A DNA stretch of 64,000 nt from Cyanophora paradoxa CCMP329. Its lineage: Eukaryota > Plantae > Glaucophyta. Below the pieces are notes generated by a model, which saw only the letters and a program-made list of their open reading frames with translations, ran no database searches and had not been told where the DNA came from. The DNA lies in NCBI GenBank assembly GCA_004431415.1, contig QPMI01000214.1:1-64000 (forward strand), given 5' to 3'. The position numbers were made by a program, and so were the translations under genes. Below, one piece after another: positions 12,648 through 26,488 of this stretch (positions are counted from its first letter, which is position 1; each line of letters starts with the position of its first letter).

Positions 12648-15464
12648 ATGCTCAAGCAGATCGTGTCCGGCGTGCGCCGGCCGAGACGCGCGCATGGCGC
12701 GCACGCCCTCATCCCCCGCGCAGGCCTGCGAGGCGACACCCGTAGCGAATCTCCTGCAACGCCCACTTGCCGATGCGGACCGGGCCAGGGTGAGCGCGCC
12801 AGCGCGCCCGAGGCGGCACCCGCACTTAAGCCGGTCTACATCGCAGGAGCACAACGAGTACCTCGGCGCCGAGGGAGCGCTTGCTGCCCTCGCCAGCGCA
12901 GCTCCGCTCCTGGCCAAAGAGAGTGTCTCCGCCAACGCGGACGTGAGTACGCTAGCTGTCATGTCGCGCGCAAGATTGTGCGAATGCGCGAGCAGGTGGA
13001 GGCGTATGTGAGGTCGATCAACGAAGCAGCTGGCGCCTCTTCTTACGTCGACAACCTTGACCAAGTGTATGAAGCCGTGTGGGCCCCTGCCCAGGGTGCT
13101 TCCTGTTTCCGCTCCCAGCGTGCAACAGTATTCTTACGCGTTCAGATACAGACGCGGGCATCCAGCAGGGAGACGCCATCTGGGGGAACATTGTTGCAGG
13201 GGGGAGCACGAGTGCAGATCCTGTAGCGGATGCATTGACTGCGTTTCTTCGGGGCACGGGGCATGTAAGGCTGACGATCCCGGGCCCTCGGTTCCGCGTC
13301 CTAACTGAATCCCAACCCAGATGACTGCAGTGCCGGTTTCCTTGGATGCCGAGGCAAAGCGGAAGGTTCGTGACAGGGCTGGCATCATGGCGAGACACCT
13401 GTTTGCTGGTCAGTGCGTTTTGTATGCAGCACGGCATAGAATGCACTTGCGATTCAGTGACTTTGACTGGCAGAACAAGGGGAGGCTGCCATCGAGCGGC
13501 AGGTTCGGTTCTCTACATCATCGTAGCTGTCGCTTCACATCTGCGATCAGGTTGCAAACATCATGAGCGCCTTCAACATAAGTGCTGGCGACGTAGACAG
13601 AGGCTTTGAGCAAGCCTTTGAAGAGGCATACCGCCAAGGCAAGTCTTCTTATATGCCCCCTGTCTGATGAGTCCAACAGTGTGCATAGATCAGGGTGTGA
13701 TCGTGCTGCCTACAGAGTCACATCCTGGGGGTGCAGGCGTTGCTTTGGCACCAACCAGACCAGATGGAGTAGCATGGGCCGATCAATTTCAAGAAGAGCT
13801 CTCGCCTGAGAAATGGGGGGAGCAGTTCGCTTCCTTGCAATCACAAGGTCAACTTGAGGACGACACAGCAATCAAGCGAGCGTCTGCAGATCTTGTTGGG
13901 CGAGTACAAGCAAGCGGCGATGAGAAATTGAAAGCAACCGAATTCATGAAATTCATGCAAGGAATCAGTGATGGTCAGCTGCGAATTGATGGCAATCAGG
14001 TGAGGCTAAGCTCCAAGTTGATACACTCTCACTGCTGACTGTCATGATCGCTCAGGTAGTTGCACAGACGACAAACGGTTGGACAACTCTTTCAGCACCT
14101 CTTGATGACACCGAGGCCCTGGCTGCTGAGTTTGCGGATCTGAAGATGCTTCCACAGCAGGTGCCTTGACCGGGCTTGTGCCAGCATTTCTTCGTGACGG
14201 TCCTGCCTGCTGCAGCATGAGGATGCCCTTGGGGCAGGCCCATCGACGGCATATGTATTCCAGGCGAACAATCCGTGGTTTAATCGCCAAGATGCCTTCG
14301 ATGAGGGCACCCGCCACTACCGAGAAGGTAACTTGGGAGAGGCAATTCTTGCACTGGAGGCTGCGGTGCAGATGGACCAGTCGAACATTGCAGCCTGGCG
14401 ATTGCTGGGTGCTGCACACACCGAGCGTGATGAAGATGTAAAGGTTAGTCTCTCCTACTATCTAAATTAGTGTTTCAAGCGTCTGAGGAACTCTTTTGAA
14501 GGCGCTTGGAGCACTCAGAAGGGCGGTTGACATTGACCCCAAAGACCTGGACTCGCTCCTAGCCCTCGGCGTGTGCTACACGAATGAACTGGAGACCGAC
14601 AAAGCTGTGTACTACCTGAAGCGCTGGGTTCAGGAGAATGCTACTTATTCTCATTTGGCCAACATGCAAAGCGACCTCTTAGTTCGCCTTTGGCACTTTT
14701 TTCGCTATACTCCGCTAAACAGAATGCAGGGCGAAGGGCTTGCTTGGCTCACTTCTGTCTTTTGCGAGGCGGCCAAAGAAAACCCGAATGATGCCAGGAT
14801 TTTTACTGTTTTGGGGGTCTGTTGCACGCTGGCGAACCAGTGGTGGAATAAGCTAACAAGCGCTTCGCAGGTGCTTTACAATCTCTCTCGCGAGTTCGAT
14901 AATGCAGCAGAGTGCTTCGAAATCTCGACAAAGCTGAATCCAGATGATTTCTCGTCGTGGAACAAGCTCGGGGCTACACTGGTAGTTTTCTCTTAAGCAA
15001 TCTTTGTCTCCAAGCGAATTGAACCGTCACACATCAGGCCAATTCCTACCAGAACGATGCAGCCATGCAAGCGTACTCGGAAGCACTGTCTCGGAGACCC
15101 TCCTACTTGCGTGCCCTTGTCAACCTCGCCATCTGCTTCAGCAACCAAGGCCGCTACTCGGACTCGGCTGAGAAGTACTTGCAGGCTTTGAGGTGCGCTT
15201 CGCTTATTGCTTCTTACTTCCGGCCATTTTTCTGACTTGTTTCTCATTCGTGCCAGAGTGCACCCTGAAGCTGAGGTGCTGCCCTTCGCCTCCCCGGCCC
15301 TTCCCGCTTGCGTCAAGCGTTCTTTCCACCCCCGGCAGCACATTTGGTCCAACCTTTCCATCTCGCTGGCATGCATGGGCAAGCCAGAGCTCTCTGCCCG
15401 GGCAGATGCACGGGACCCGGGCTTACTTTCCAGCCCGGTTGACTCGCTTCTTGCAACACCGTAG
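12648..15464 (+). CDS. PEX5: PTS1 receptor Pex5, multi-exon
   Basis: N-terminal Cys, WxxxF motifs (WEQAF, WADQF, WGEQF), ATEFMKFMQGISDG, and TPR domain YVFQANNP...AILALEAAV...LLALGVCYTNE...WNKLGATL. Confidence 0.92.
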
Positions 15465-15562
15465 GACCTCCTTTCCAAGACCGCCCCAGGTTCGCGGGTG
15501 CTCTCTCACCCCGTGAACGTTCTCTGAAGCACCCATCTGCTGTTCGTCCTTTTGCCGCGCAG

Positions 15563-15925
15563 GTGCCCACCTTTGGTGGGAGGCTCGTCCATCGAGTGTG
15601 CACCGGTTGCTTTGATTTCGATCTTGGGGTTTTTCGATTCCGATCTGACCCTTTTTGCCCCCCCAGCGCAGGCTGACTCCATGTCGGGGGTCCAGAACCA
15701 ACAGGGGCTTTCGTCACTGAGACGCCCCCTGCCGCCACAAGACGCGATGCCGCACCCGCCGTGCGGGCACCTGTAGCCGCTGAGCTAGCTATAGTATCTG
15801 CAGGGAGGCGCATTACTCTCCTTAGAGGGCCACGAAGGGCCCGGCTGGCCAGCTTGCTGGTGGGCTGGGCCCGCGGCAGCAGCACCGCGGTGTACGTCCC
15901 ACACTTGTCACCCGGACGTTGTCAT
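15563..15925 (+). repeat. Dispersed intergenic repeat family B
   Basis: Similar to 24095-24490 in inverted orientation. Partial copies near 19490-19700, 23305-23345, 31535-31575, 37170-37270, 38160-38232 and 57370-57435, e.g. acacttgtagcccggacc and gatctgacccttttt...caggctgactcc. Confidence 0.75.
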
Positions 15926-16309
15926 TTAGTCCGTGTGGAAATGCCTCCTCGGGCCCCTGGCTCCGCTTCCAGGACGAACCCATGACGAACATAGTCGTAA
16001 TCGAAGACGTCACGGCGTCCAACGTTAAACCCTCATCATGGCATCGTAATCGAAATCAAAGACGTCCGACCCCTCAGGGCTCAATCGTAATCAATCGTAA
16101 TCATCGTAATCAAAGACGGCAGGCCGGGGGGAAGGGGGGGGGGGGAGGGGGGGGGGGGGGGGGGGGCAGGGGCGGGCGGCGGGCCGGGGCGGGGGCGGGC
16201 GACCGTCGACGCCATCCGCCGGGCGGGCCCGGGGGCCGGGCCGGACGTCGAAGGCGGGCCGGGGCCGGGCGCGCGGATGGAAAAGTTAGAGACTCGAACC
16301 TGCCTTGAG

Positions 16310-16580
16310 ACGGTCGCCCGAGAGCTCGCGTTCGCCCGACGTCCCGAGCAGCTGCGCAGGGAGGCTGTCATCGCCTCTCCCGATCGGGGCGCGCGCGGGC
16401 GCGCGGGGCAGAGCACTTGAGGGATCAGTCGCTGGAGCCCGCGGTGGATGTCGCCGGCTGGGCCTTGCGCGGGGGCCATGGAGAGAACGTCTTCGGCGAA
16501 CTGCGGGAGGCTCACGATGCACTGCACGGGCGCGTTGATGTCATCAGCGGAAGGGAACGCCGTGCTGAATGCCCCCGCGC
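16310..16580 (-). pseudogene. Possible decayed ubiquitin-specific protease fragment
   Basis: DDINAPVQCIVSLPQFAEDVL resembles the segment just after the USP Cys-box (CYxNAxLQCLxSLPxF), but the catalytic Cys is absent and it lies in repeat-rich DNA. Confidence 0.25.
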
Positions 16581-17008
16581 GTTTCATCAGCATCAGCAAC
16601 ATCAGCAAGAGACGCCTGCGCTGGTCAGTTCGGGTCAAAAGAGCGAGCCGCGCTTGAGGGTGCAAAAGAACGCGTGCGAGCAAAAGTGCGAGCTCGGTGA
16701 CCGTAGCGTACGCGTGCATGTCGCACCGACGCGTCCGTTGTCACTCTGAAACAGCAACTTACCTGAAACAGCTCGAGGCCCTCCCTTGCAAGGCATATCC
16801 CTAGCAGCTCAGCTGCAGCTCAGCAGCAGCTGTACGTGCCGGGTACGCGTGAAGATCGAGCCGCGGTCGAATTCGAACTAGCTTCCCAAATCTGGCTGCG
16901 CCAGCCGGATCCCAGCTCAGCGCGGCTCGCACGCCAAGCTAGCTTTAACAGCGGACGGGAAGGATATATATATCGGCCGCGGACGGCGTTGGCGTGAGCT
17001 AGCGCCCG

Positions 17009-18826
17009 ATGGACGGCGTCGGCGCGAGCCTGCTTTACGGCTTCAGTCCTGCGCTAGATCTCTTGGAGTTCATTCCGGAGCGTCTGCGCGGTCAGCAGGA
17101 CCCCGTGCACATCCTGCAGCTGTGCGGCGGCGACCTGCGGAACGTCCTAAAAACAGTGTCGTTCAGCGGGCGGCATGGGCCCTCGCGGCCGCTAAACTTC
17201 TACGTATACGAGACTACATACGAGGTGCGATCTTGTGGCGTGCATTGACCCGGATGCTGCGCTTATGGGCCAGCAGTCGCTAGCCCGATACCTCATACTG
17301 CTCGAGGTCGCGCTGGATACATCTGTTCCGATTCGGGAGCGCGTTGATATCTTCCTAGAGATTTATGGCAATACACAGCTTCGAGAGAAGACCAGCGCCG
17401 CCGTCACTGAGTACTCGATGCGGCTTGTCAGGTATTCGAAAGCCTTCCGCTTGGCGAGTCACACTAAGCTTCTCGCGCAGGCTTCTAGCTCATCGCGAGG
17501 GCCGCCTCGCGAACATCATAGATTTCTCGCTCCTGAAGAGCAAAGACGTGGATGAGCTTGAGGCTGTCGTGCGTTCGTGGGGAGACTCGGTGCCGTTCGA
17601 CGTGGGAAACCTTCGTGACGAACGCCTGCGCCGCTATTACAAAGACAGGCAAGAACGGGTTTTTAATCATCGTACAGTTTTTCTCGCGAACGTCCTGGTG
17701 CCAGGTACGATGTCCGAATTAACGTGCAAGACTGGGACTACAACATGAAGCTTCTGCCCATGGGTATATCCATCATCCACTGGCCCGAATTTCGTCACTG
17801 GCGACAGACTGGGCGTGCATTTGAGGTAGGCGGCGGAGCTTAAAGCCATTCTGCTTTTGTTCAACCTTGTGCACAGGTTCGAGACTCGACATATCCCTCG
17901 CCAAACAGGACGATGGCCAGTCTTGCAGTGGGCCGCGGTAACTTTCACGACAGCTTCCATTGAATGACCGCTTACTCTTTCCAGAAAATGGGAAAACGGT
18001 TGCTCGCCGTGGGTTTTGGGGAGACATTGTCAACAGCCCATTCATTGGGCTTGGAATTGATGCCCCTGAACAAGAATTGTTTAGGCGATATAATGACCAA
18101 CATGTTCACTCGTCCCAGGCTCACAACATTCTGTATCATTTCGTCAAGATGGTTTGCTGATGAGGGCCACAGGAAGTTTGCGAATTCAACGTTACTGCAT
18201 TCATTACGGAGCTTTTCACTGGCAGGAGATACACGCTTCCAAAGATGGAGAAAAAGAGTGAAGACAGTTGCGGAGGCTACGAGAAGAGTCTGGAGAATGC
18301 TCAATCAGACTCGGCCCCAGCCACTCCAGCTGCTCCATCCCAGAATTCCACAAAATATGAGGAGAAGGATGCAATGATTTCTGCTGGCGGCGAGCCATTT
18401 GAGAATACAAAGATTTTTCTTTGTTTCGGGGACATTGGAAAGCAACTGTTCGGCAGGTCCAAGCTCCATGGTGGGTTGAGTACTAGTTCTTTCATCTGGC
18501 AGGCTTGTTTAGCGTGCTGCAGGTCAAATGAATGTAGCATTCCTTGGTAACATGGCAGCTCATCACATTGGCGACTCGCTGACCAATCTGCTGTCTGATG
18601 ACGCCAAGATTATTGTTGAAACGGCCAGATTCATGCTTGATGTATATGGCAAGCCAGCAAAGGAGTTCACATCAAAGGTTTGCTTTTTTGGATCCCTGCT
18701 TGCCGTTCCTCATTCTTGGTCCTTCAGGCTCTCGGACTTGCCCAGCAAGCAGGCTGGCGGTTGCTGGAACCCCACGAGCCCGATGGGCAAAAGCACTCAA
18801 TCCTGCTGTTCGGGAAGAGATCATGA
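17009..18826 (+). CDS. DNAAF3: Dynein axonemal assembly factor 3 (PF22), multi-exon
   Basis: YGFSPALDL, GGDLRNVLKT, FLEIYGN, RDERLRRYYKDRYD...DWDY and RGFWGDIVNSPF motifs. Confidence 0.9.
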
Positions 18827-18883
18827 AATCAATCATCAACTTCTATTCCAAAGTCAGCATCCGTTTCTCTTTTTTCTAATTGT

Positions 18884-19357
18884 CCGCCCCGGGTGCGGCT
18901 TCCGGACGGCGGCGCCGCGCGGTGCGCGTTGTGTCTACACACGCCTATACACAATCGCTGCTCCCCCCGCCTAGTCCCGACACGGCCTAGCCACTTGACC
19001 AGAGCTCGCCTCCTAGCCCCCGCCCCCAAAGCGAGGGGGCCAGCAGCCGCCTAGCCCCGCCCGATCGTAATCGTAATCGTAATGAGGCCAGGGCTCCCCC
19101 CGCCTATAGCCCGCCGCAACCGTGATTACGATCGTACTTTGGATCGTAATCGTAATCGTTCTCGCAGGAGCATCTTCATCCGCTACGGCACCGGCGTGGA
19201 CGCGAAGCGCCTGCTCGGCTCGTAGCTAGCTAGGCTGCGATTCCCTTTTCTCCATCAGGGCACCAGTCCCTGCGGGTTACGCTCTATCCCTAACAGCACG
19301 GGTACAGTTAAAGCGCCGAGGTAGGAGGTCCGGTCGCGCCCGTAGCTTAGAAAGAGC
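18884..19357 (+). mobile_element. Non-autonomous Fanzor-derived element, copy A (3' remnant plus conserved right end)
   Basis: Near-identical to 30781-31250. Encodes ...DGGAAR|intron|SIFIRYGTGVDAKRLLGS* and ends at TTAGAAAGAGC. Confidence 0.8.
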
Positions 19358-20107
19358 AACCGGATGCTGTAGATGAAACTAATTGATCCCGGCTAGAACT
19401 TGATCCCAATGAACTCCGGGCTCCTCTGTTAATGGCTTATCGGTGGAAGCAGACGAAGTTGTTTGTGGCATCCGAGCTGCACTCTCGTAGTGAGGGGCAT
19501 GCGCAGGATGTACACTGCACGTGCACCAACACATTGCCGCAGGCTCAGCTGCAGCTGGCTAGCTGGGCCGGCCCTGTGTGTCCCTCTTAGGGGAGTAATA
19601 TGCACTTTCCCACAACCGTGCATGCGGCATTGAGTCTTGCAATTGGGGCGGTGGGGGAGCCCCTACGGGCCCTGGGGGCCCAACACTGTGTGACATGGAG
19701 TTACTAAGTTAGCTTTAAAAAGGGGAGCCCGACACACAACACAGCCATGGCCAAGCATGCGCAGCTCAAGATTGTACGTCTTAGCAGATTAATATATTCA
19801 ACTTGAAGCCTGGCAATTGCATGCGCAAGGCGCATCTACAAAATTATTATACAAACTCTAGATCAACCCCCCTTCATCGCAATCGAAATAAAAAGACGTC
19901 CAACTTTAAGCTTAGCTGGGGACCTCACCTTCCTGTGTGTCGCCCATACAGGCGTAGTTCACAGAGGCAGCTAGCTAGCCGCTAGCTCACGTGTCTACAC
20001 TGAACGCAACACACACACCATGAATTCAAATACATCCCTCAAAAAAATTCATACAGCAATGGGAGAGGCCGGCTCTACAAGGCGCATCTACAAGACTACT
20101 ACAATCA

Positions 20108-22097
20108 TTACTTTGCCTTCTTCTCCGCTGGAGAGTCCATGTGCTCGCTCACCTGAATAAGATATCAAGGCACAAAAAGCAACTGTTCGAATTGGGCATA
20201 TCACCTTCATGAGGTGCTTGAGGACCTTCCACGTGCCCATGGAAAATGAGCATGACTCGTAAGGAATGTTGTGCTTCTTGCAGAAGCTGGCGACCATCTT
20301 TGCCGACTTGCCGAGCCGGTGCCGAGGGAGCGTCGGGAAAAGGTGGTGCTCGAGCTGGTAGTTGAGACCGCCAGTAAACCAGTCACTGAAAATATTGGAG
20401 TCGACGTCGCGGGAGCTGTGTGCCTGCATGCGGACGAAGTCCGTTTTCTCGGTGAAGATCTGATTTTCTGATTAGAAAGGTACGTGCGAAGAGGGCAAAC
20501 AGCTCTTGCCAACCTCCATTCCATTGTGAGATATCGCGAAGACACTGCCCAGCAGCATGCCACAGGACGCCGTTGCGAAGAACGCGTAGCCGAGGGCAGC
20601 GCCAACCGAAGGCATCGTGAGGAAGAACAGAGCGAAGAACCACGCGTAGTGCAGGAAGAGGCCAGCGACCTCCGAGGCCTTGTAGAAGACAGAGAGGGCC
20701 TCCGATTCCCACATCTTGCCGCAGGCGTACATCAGGCTCTGAAGCATCCAGCTAATGCGAGCTGATTCTACCGCGTCAGCGATGACCAAGACATCCCAGC
20801 GAAGACCGTCGCACCAAGGCACAGAAGCGGGAAGTAGTAGACGACCTGGTGGCGAATCGCGAAGCGAGCCAGAGGAGTCTCGAGGCGATTCAGAGTCTTC
20901 TCAGTCCAGCCGAGCAGAGGCAGCGTGTCGATATCAGGGTCTCCGTCGACCATGTTCGGCACCGCGTGGTGGGTGTTGTGCTTGTTCTTCCACCACTCGA
21001 CGCTGAAACCCTGGTTAACGTTGCCGATGATGACGCCGAGCCAGGTGTTAATCGCCCGGGTCTTGAACACTTGGTGGTGAAGGAAGTCGTGCGCGGTCTG
21101 TCATCAAGTCAGCTTCGCCAAGATTCGGGGTCCGTGGGGAAGGTCCGTACCCACTGTACGGCCACAGCGAGAGACAGGGAAGAGAAGAAAAAAGAGCTGG
21201 GGTTAAGTGCGGAGCGCGCAAAAAGCTTTAGAGAGGGAAGCAAGGACGCACGCCGCTCTCTGCGAGAAGCGATCAGTAAACTGGGGAGTGTGCACGTCGG
21301 ATGGAAAACGCACGCTGGAAGAAAACACCGAGAAGGAACGAGCCGGCCAAGCGCCCAAGGCAGCCCTCCGAAGTCGCCAGAAGATACACGGCCGCTGCCA
21401 CGATCGAATACAGGGAGACCAGCTTCCAGAGGTAATAGAGCTTGTTGCTCTCGAACATCCCCTGCCGCTGCATCTCCTTGCGCATCTGACGGAAGTCCTC
21501 GATCATGGCCGACGTCTGCGTGCTCTTCACGGTGCCGATCTGGTACTGGCGGAGCAGCGAGAACGTAGAGCCCGCGTGGAAAGCCGAGAAGATCTCCGTC
21601 GCATCCTCGCCGGCTGAAGTGATGATGACTTCTCCGCCGGGGTGCTTCGGGACGAACTTGGTCACATCGTACACCTTGTCGTTCACAATGACCCAGCAGT
21701 CGCTGCGATCAAGCGTAAGAAACAAAGCGGCTGGGTTCACAGGACTTGCGAGACGTACTCCTTGGTGCGGTGCTCAGCGACGTCCTTGAGCGTGAGCACG
21801 CGCTCTGACTTGCCCTCCTTCTCCTCGTGCCGGCGGACGGCATCCAGCTCTCCAGCGTCAGCGAACACACTGCGGACGCGTCAGTAGTGCGGATGGAGCG
21901 AGGGAGAGAAGTTGGCTTTGAGTCACGCGCTGCACGCCACCGCCCCCCCCGCGTTCGGGGACCGCGGCCAACGCGTCTAGACGATCATTCCATCTACAGC
22001 TATACAAAAGCTCTCTCCCCCGGCGCAGGCACGCGCCGCCCGCAGTTCCGGCGGCGGCGTGCGCCGCGTGCGGCAGTTACCTTGCGTTCGGCGGCAT
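20108..22097 (-). CDS. Cytochrome b5-fused front-end (delta-5/6/8-type) fatty acid desaturase
   Basis: HPGG cytochrome b5 motif and His boxes HDFLHH, WWKNKHNTHH and QLEHHLFP. Predicted start MPPNAR. Confidence 0.92.
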
Positions 22098-22337
22098 GGT
22101 AGCACGGGAGAGCGGACGACGAACGAACTCTACCTAGTTTAAAGCCGCGGGACGAACCCGGGCGAAGGCGCTAAAGAGCGCGCCGATCTACTTTGTGAAT
22201 GAACTGGGGTACGAGCGTCGAACGATCGTAGGGGGTACTTCGTTCGCGACGGAGGCGGAGCTTGGCACGACGCCTCGCCGTAGATATCGACCAAAGCGGC
22301 GCTCTTCAAGAATTTTAGCAGCGGGAGGGCACTCGCC

Positions 22338-23304
22338 ATGTCGCGCGTGCTGGTGGGTGTGAAGCGCGTGGTGGACTATGGTGCATGCGCGGTCCGCCGC
22401 GCCGGCGCCGCGTGGCCGCTGACGCCTGGAACGCGCAGCCGTCAAGGTCTGCGCGAGCAAAGGAGCGCTCGCTCGGAGCTCGACGCTGACCTCGCGCAGG
22501 TTCGCGTCCGGCCGGACAAGAAGGGCGTGGAGACTGCGAATGTGAAGATGTCGATGAACCCCTTCTGCGAGATCGCCGTCGAGCAGGCTGTTCGGCTCAA
22601 GGAGGCCGGCATAGCCAGCGAGGTCGTCGCTGTTTCGATGGGCCCCAAGCAGGCACAAGACACGCTGCGAACCGCCATGGCAATGGGCGCAGATCGCGCG
22701 ATACACGTGGAGACGGACGCCGAGCTGCAGCCGCTCGCAGTAGCCAAGCTGTTCCACAAGCTCGTGCAACGGGAGAACCCTTCCCTGGTGCTGCTTGGCA
22801 AGCAGGCGATCGACGACGACTGCAACCAGACGGGGCAGATGCTCGCTGGGCTTTTGGATTGGCCACAGGGCACGTTTGCCTCCAAGCTTGAAATCGATCC
22901 TGCCACAAACAAGGCTGTAATCGTTCGCGAGATCGACGGCGGCTTGCAAACGCTGCGACTTGCCCTTCCGGCTGTTGTTACATGTGACCTTCGCCTCAAC
23001 GAGCCACGTTATGTCACGCTTCCGAATCTCATGAAGGCGTGTGCAGCGAGCCTTCAGTGCTGTCCTTGGCTTAACTGACCTCTTGGCCGCAGGTGAAGAA
23101 GAAGCCTATCGAGACAATCAGCCCTAGCACAATGGGTGTAGACACGAGCACAAAGCTTTCGATCACTGGAGTGGAGGTTTGCTTTCCACGCCTCTCGTCT
23201 GTTAATCGCTCACACTTGTGCAGGAACCACCGAAACGAGAAGGTGGCAAGAAGGTGGATTCGGTAGACGAAGTTGTGAGTGGAATCCGAGCTGCACTCTC
23301 GTAG
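22338..23304 (+). CDS. ETFB: Electron transfer flavoprotein beta subunit
   Basis: [55 protein letters not shown]. Ends [16 protein letters not shown]. Confidence 0.96.
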
Positions 23305-23444
23305 CATTTGGACACGAACTAAATCTCAAGTCCGGGCTACAAGTTGCACTCTCCGAAACAAGAAGGTGGCAAGAAGGTGGATTCGGTAGACGAAGTTGTG
23401 AGTGGCATCCGAGCTGCACTCCTAGTGTACATTGCGGTATAGGT

Positions 23445-23733
23445 GCTCTTTCTAAGCTACGGGCGCGCGGGACCACTCCTAGACCGTCAACGCTTTAACT
23501 GTACCCGTGCTGTTCGGGGTGAGAGCGTAACCCGCAGGGACTGGTGCCCTGATGGAAAAAAGGGAATCGCAGCCTAGCTGGCTACGAGCCGAGCAGGCGC
23601 TTCGCGTCCACGCCCGTGCCGTAGCGGATGAAGATGCTCCTGCGAGAACGATTACGATTACGATCCGAAGTACGATCGTAATCACGGTTGCGGCGGGCTA
23701 TAGGCGGGGGGGAGCCCTGGCCTGATTACGATT
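23445..23733 (-). mobile_element. Non-autonomous Fanzor-derived element, copy C (variant loop)
   Basis: Reverse complement of the last exon and right end of copies A/B, with a different sequence in the terminal hairpin loop. Confidence 0.8.
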
Positions 23734-24355
23734 GATGAACATCGATGCCTGTACTGCGATGAGCATAGGTGGATGAGCATGCACAAGGCAAGAACCCCAA
23801 TCAAACCAGTCATGGTCATCAAAGAGCGCTGGCGGAGGCACTGGCAACAAGCCTCGGACGGGGTACGCTTCCAGCAAGATGCATTTGGCGTCCTGAATCG
23901 ATGCCCGGCCCGGCGGGTGACAACTGTGGGATGAACACTCAGGTGCTGCAGCTGCTGCCGTGGGCCCATCCCTCCAGCAATCTGGCTTGCCAGGCCCTGT
24001 GTGGCATATGCATATGGGGAGTAACTCAGTAATGCGCCTCGGGCCTCTCCGATGACCATAGCGGTTGGATGCAGTACGTATACACGCGCGCATTTGGACA
24101 CGTACTGAAAACGCAGGTCCGGGCTACAAGTGTGGGAATGTACACTGGGGCCGCTGCGGCCGCGGGCCCAGCCCATGTGCACCAGCAAACTGGCCGGCCG
24201 GGCGGCCCGGGCCCTGCGTGGCCCCCTAGGGAGAGTAATGCGCCTCCCCACGGACACTCTGGCTAGCTAGAGCTACAGGTGCCAACATGCACGGTGTGGC
24301 GCTGCATCACGTCTTGTGGGGGCGGGGGGTCGTCTCGGGGCGGTGGCGGGAGCCC

Positions 24356-26445
24356 CTACGGGCCCTGGGGGGCCCGACATGGAGTCAGCCTGCGCCGGGG
24401 GGCGAAAAAGGGGGTCAGATCGAAATCGAAAGGTCTTGAGATCCAAATCAAAGCAAACGGGGGCGCACTTGATCGACGAGCCTCCCACCCAGAGGAGCGC
24501 CTGCGCATGCACGGGCGCATGCTTTTTTTGACTATGGCGAGGCCACCATTGCCGTTGCTTTCGACTATTGCTGACCACACCTGTATTCCTTCCTTGTTGA
24601 AGGCTTTTTTCTCTTTCCACATCCTGGTCGACATGTCGAGCTTGAGTGGAATCGTGTTGCGCCCGTTCTCCAGAACCCGCTTCCAAATGACTGCATGCCT
24701 CTGCTTCTCCTCCAACTTGCACACGCCTGCTGGAATCTGGAAATGAACGTCCACAACGTTCTTCCTTCCGGCCTGGTCTACAACCCGAATTTCAGGCAGC
24801 GGGATCTCATCGGTCTCGCTGCGATTTCGATCATTCACGTGTAAAAGAACACACAATTGAAGGGAAGGGCTACACGCACGTGATTCGTCTTTTCTTCCTT
24901 CCTGTGCTCTTCTCCTTGGGGCCCTTGCTGCTGCCCCCCGCCTTCGATCGCTTCGATTCTGAAGAAAGTTAGGATACAGACGGGAGTCTTTCGGGTTCAC
25001 ACGTGCCATCATCGGCCTCGACGCCGTCAGGAGCCACATCCTCGTCCTCGTCCTCGTCCTCCTCTTCCCCCCCCCCCTCCTCCTTCTGAAGATCCACAGG
25101 GGGGGTGGAGGTATAGCAGCAGGCGGGGCAGGAGGCAGGGCAGGAGGCGGGGAAGGGCCCGCCCTGCTCCAGCCAACGCTTTGTCCGCCATGGCATTGAG
25201 AAGGAGGGCCCGCTCCTCTGGAGTGCGGCGACGAGCCTCCTCTTCCTCCTCCTCCTCCTCATCTGCTGACCCGTGAGCTGCAGCCGGACCCGACGGAATT
25301 TAGTACGCGCAAGCACAAACGTGCCCTGGCTCGTCCGATGCATTCTCCTGCTCTCCAGCCCGGCAATTGCCTTCTGTGAGCCGTGATCAGGATGCGGGCA
25401 GGAGAGTGAAGGGAAGGACACAAACCACGCTGTCGATGTTGTGGGAGGTTTTGAGATTCTCCATAAAGAGAGCACGCAATTTAGTCTCGGATTTGAACTG
25501 TTGATTCACCAGGAATACGATGAACGGTTTAGCTTCGGCCAGAGAAATCGGCTGTTTCTCAACCACGTGCTTGCTCATGAGACTCTCCATATCGTTCATC
25601 TTATCGTCAGGAAACACAACGTCCCCGGCTTCCCGCTTGCACATCTCGGCACACGAAAGCCTGCAGATACGAGTCAGCGGAGCGCAGACGGGGTTCACCA
25701 TCAGAATGCTCACAGATCTGCGGCGAGGGACAAGGAAGCCTTCGTCCTCTGCTGGGCACATTTCGTGGCTTTCTCGGCGACGAACTTCGTCGCGCTCCCA
25801 GCAAGAGCTTGGTTTTTTGGTTGCCAGGAAGAGTTTCCGCTGGCCCCACGGTCTTCTGGATCCACTGCAAGTTGAGTTGGTCTGTGTGCTGCTCGATTTT
25901 GTTCAGCAGTGAACATGCCGCGCGCGCCTGTCTGCGCGGGCCGAACCTGCTGCGGGGTTCGCTTTGGCTTGGACGTGGCGCCGATGCCCCGCCCGCGCTG
26001 CCTGTGGTGCAGCTGCTCCGCCGACTTCGCCTGCTCGCGAGCAGCTTCGGCACATCGCAGGGGTTGGTGCTGATGAAGTAGTATAGATTTCCCTGCCGGA
26101 TGTGCTTGTCGAATATCTGCGCGCATTCAGAAGCAGGCGAGCATCGACGGGCGGCGAACTGCCGACCTGCTGGTTGGGCACCCAGTGGCCAGCGCCGCAG
26201 AGCACCACGTAGAGTTTGAGCAAGGGCCGTGCGAATTCGGGAACGTCGAAGATCGCCGCCACTTCGGCGATGAAAGCATCTAGTTTCGCCGGTGCCAGTG
26301 ACACGGTGTTCTCGCCGTGCTTCGATATATCCTTCACGGCTGTTACGATGAGGTCGGGGAGCTGCTCACCCGGCTGCTCAAACTGCGCGGCCGCGACAGC
26401 CGCCACGGGCGGCGCAGGAGCACCGGCGGCCGCAGCCGGGAGCAT
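24356..26445 (-). CDS. Hypothetical multi-exon protein; boundaries uncertain
   Basis: Protein-like ORF segments (QLPDLIVTAVKDISKHGEN...; CKREAGDVVFPDDKMND...; EIPLPEIRVVDQAGRKNVVDVHFQIP...) separated by GT-AG candidates. No family recognised. Confidence 0.4.
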
Positions 26446-26488
26446 GGTAACGACGCGTACCCCCTGGCTTGACGACGCCGTCAAACCC

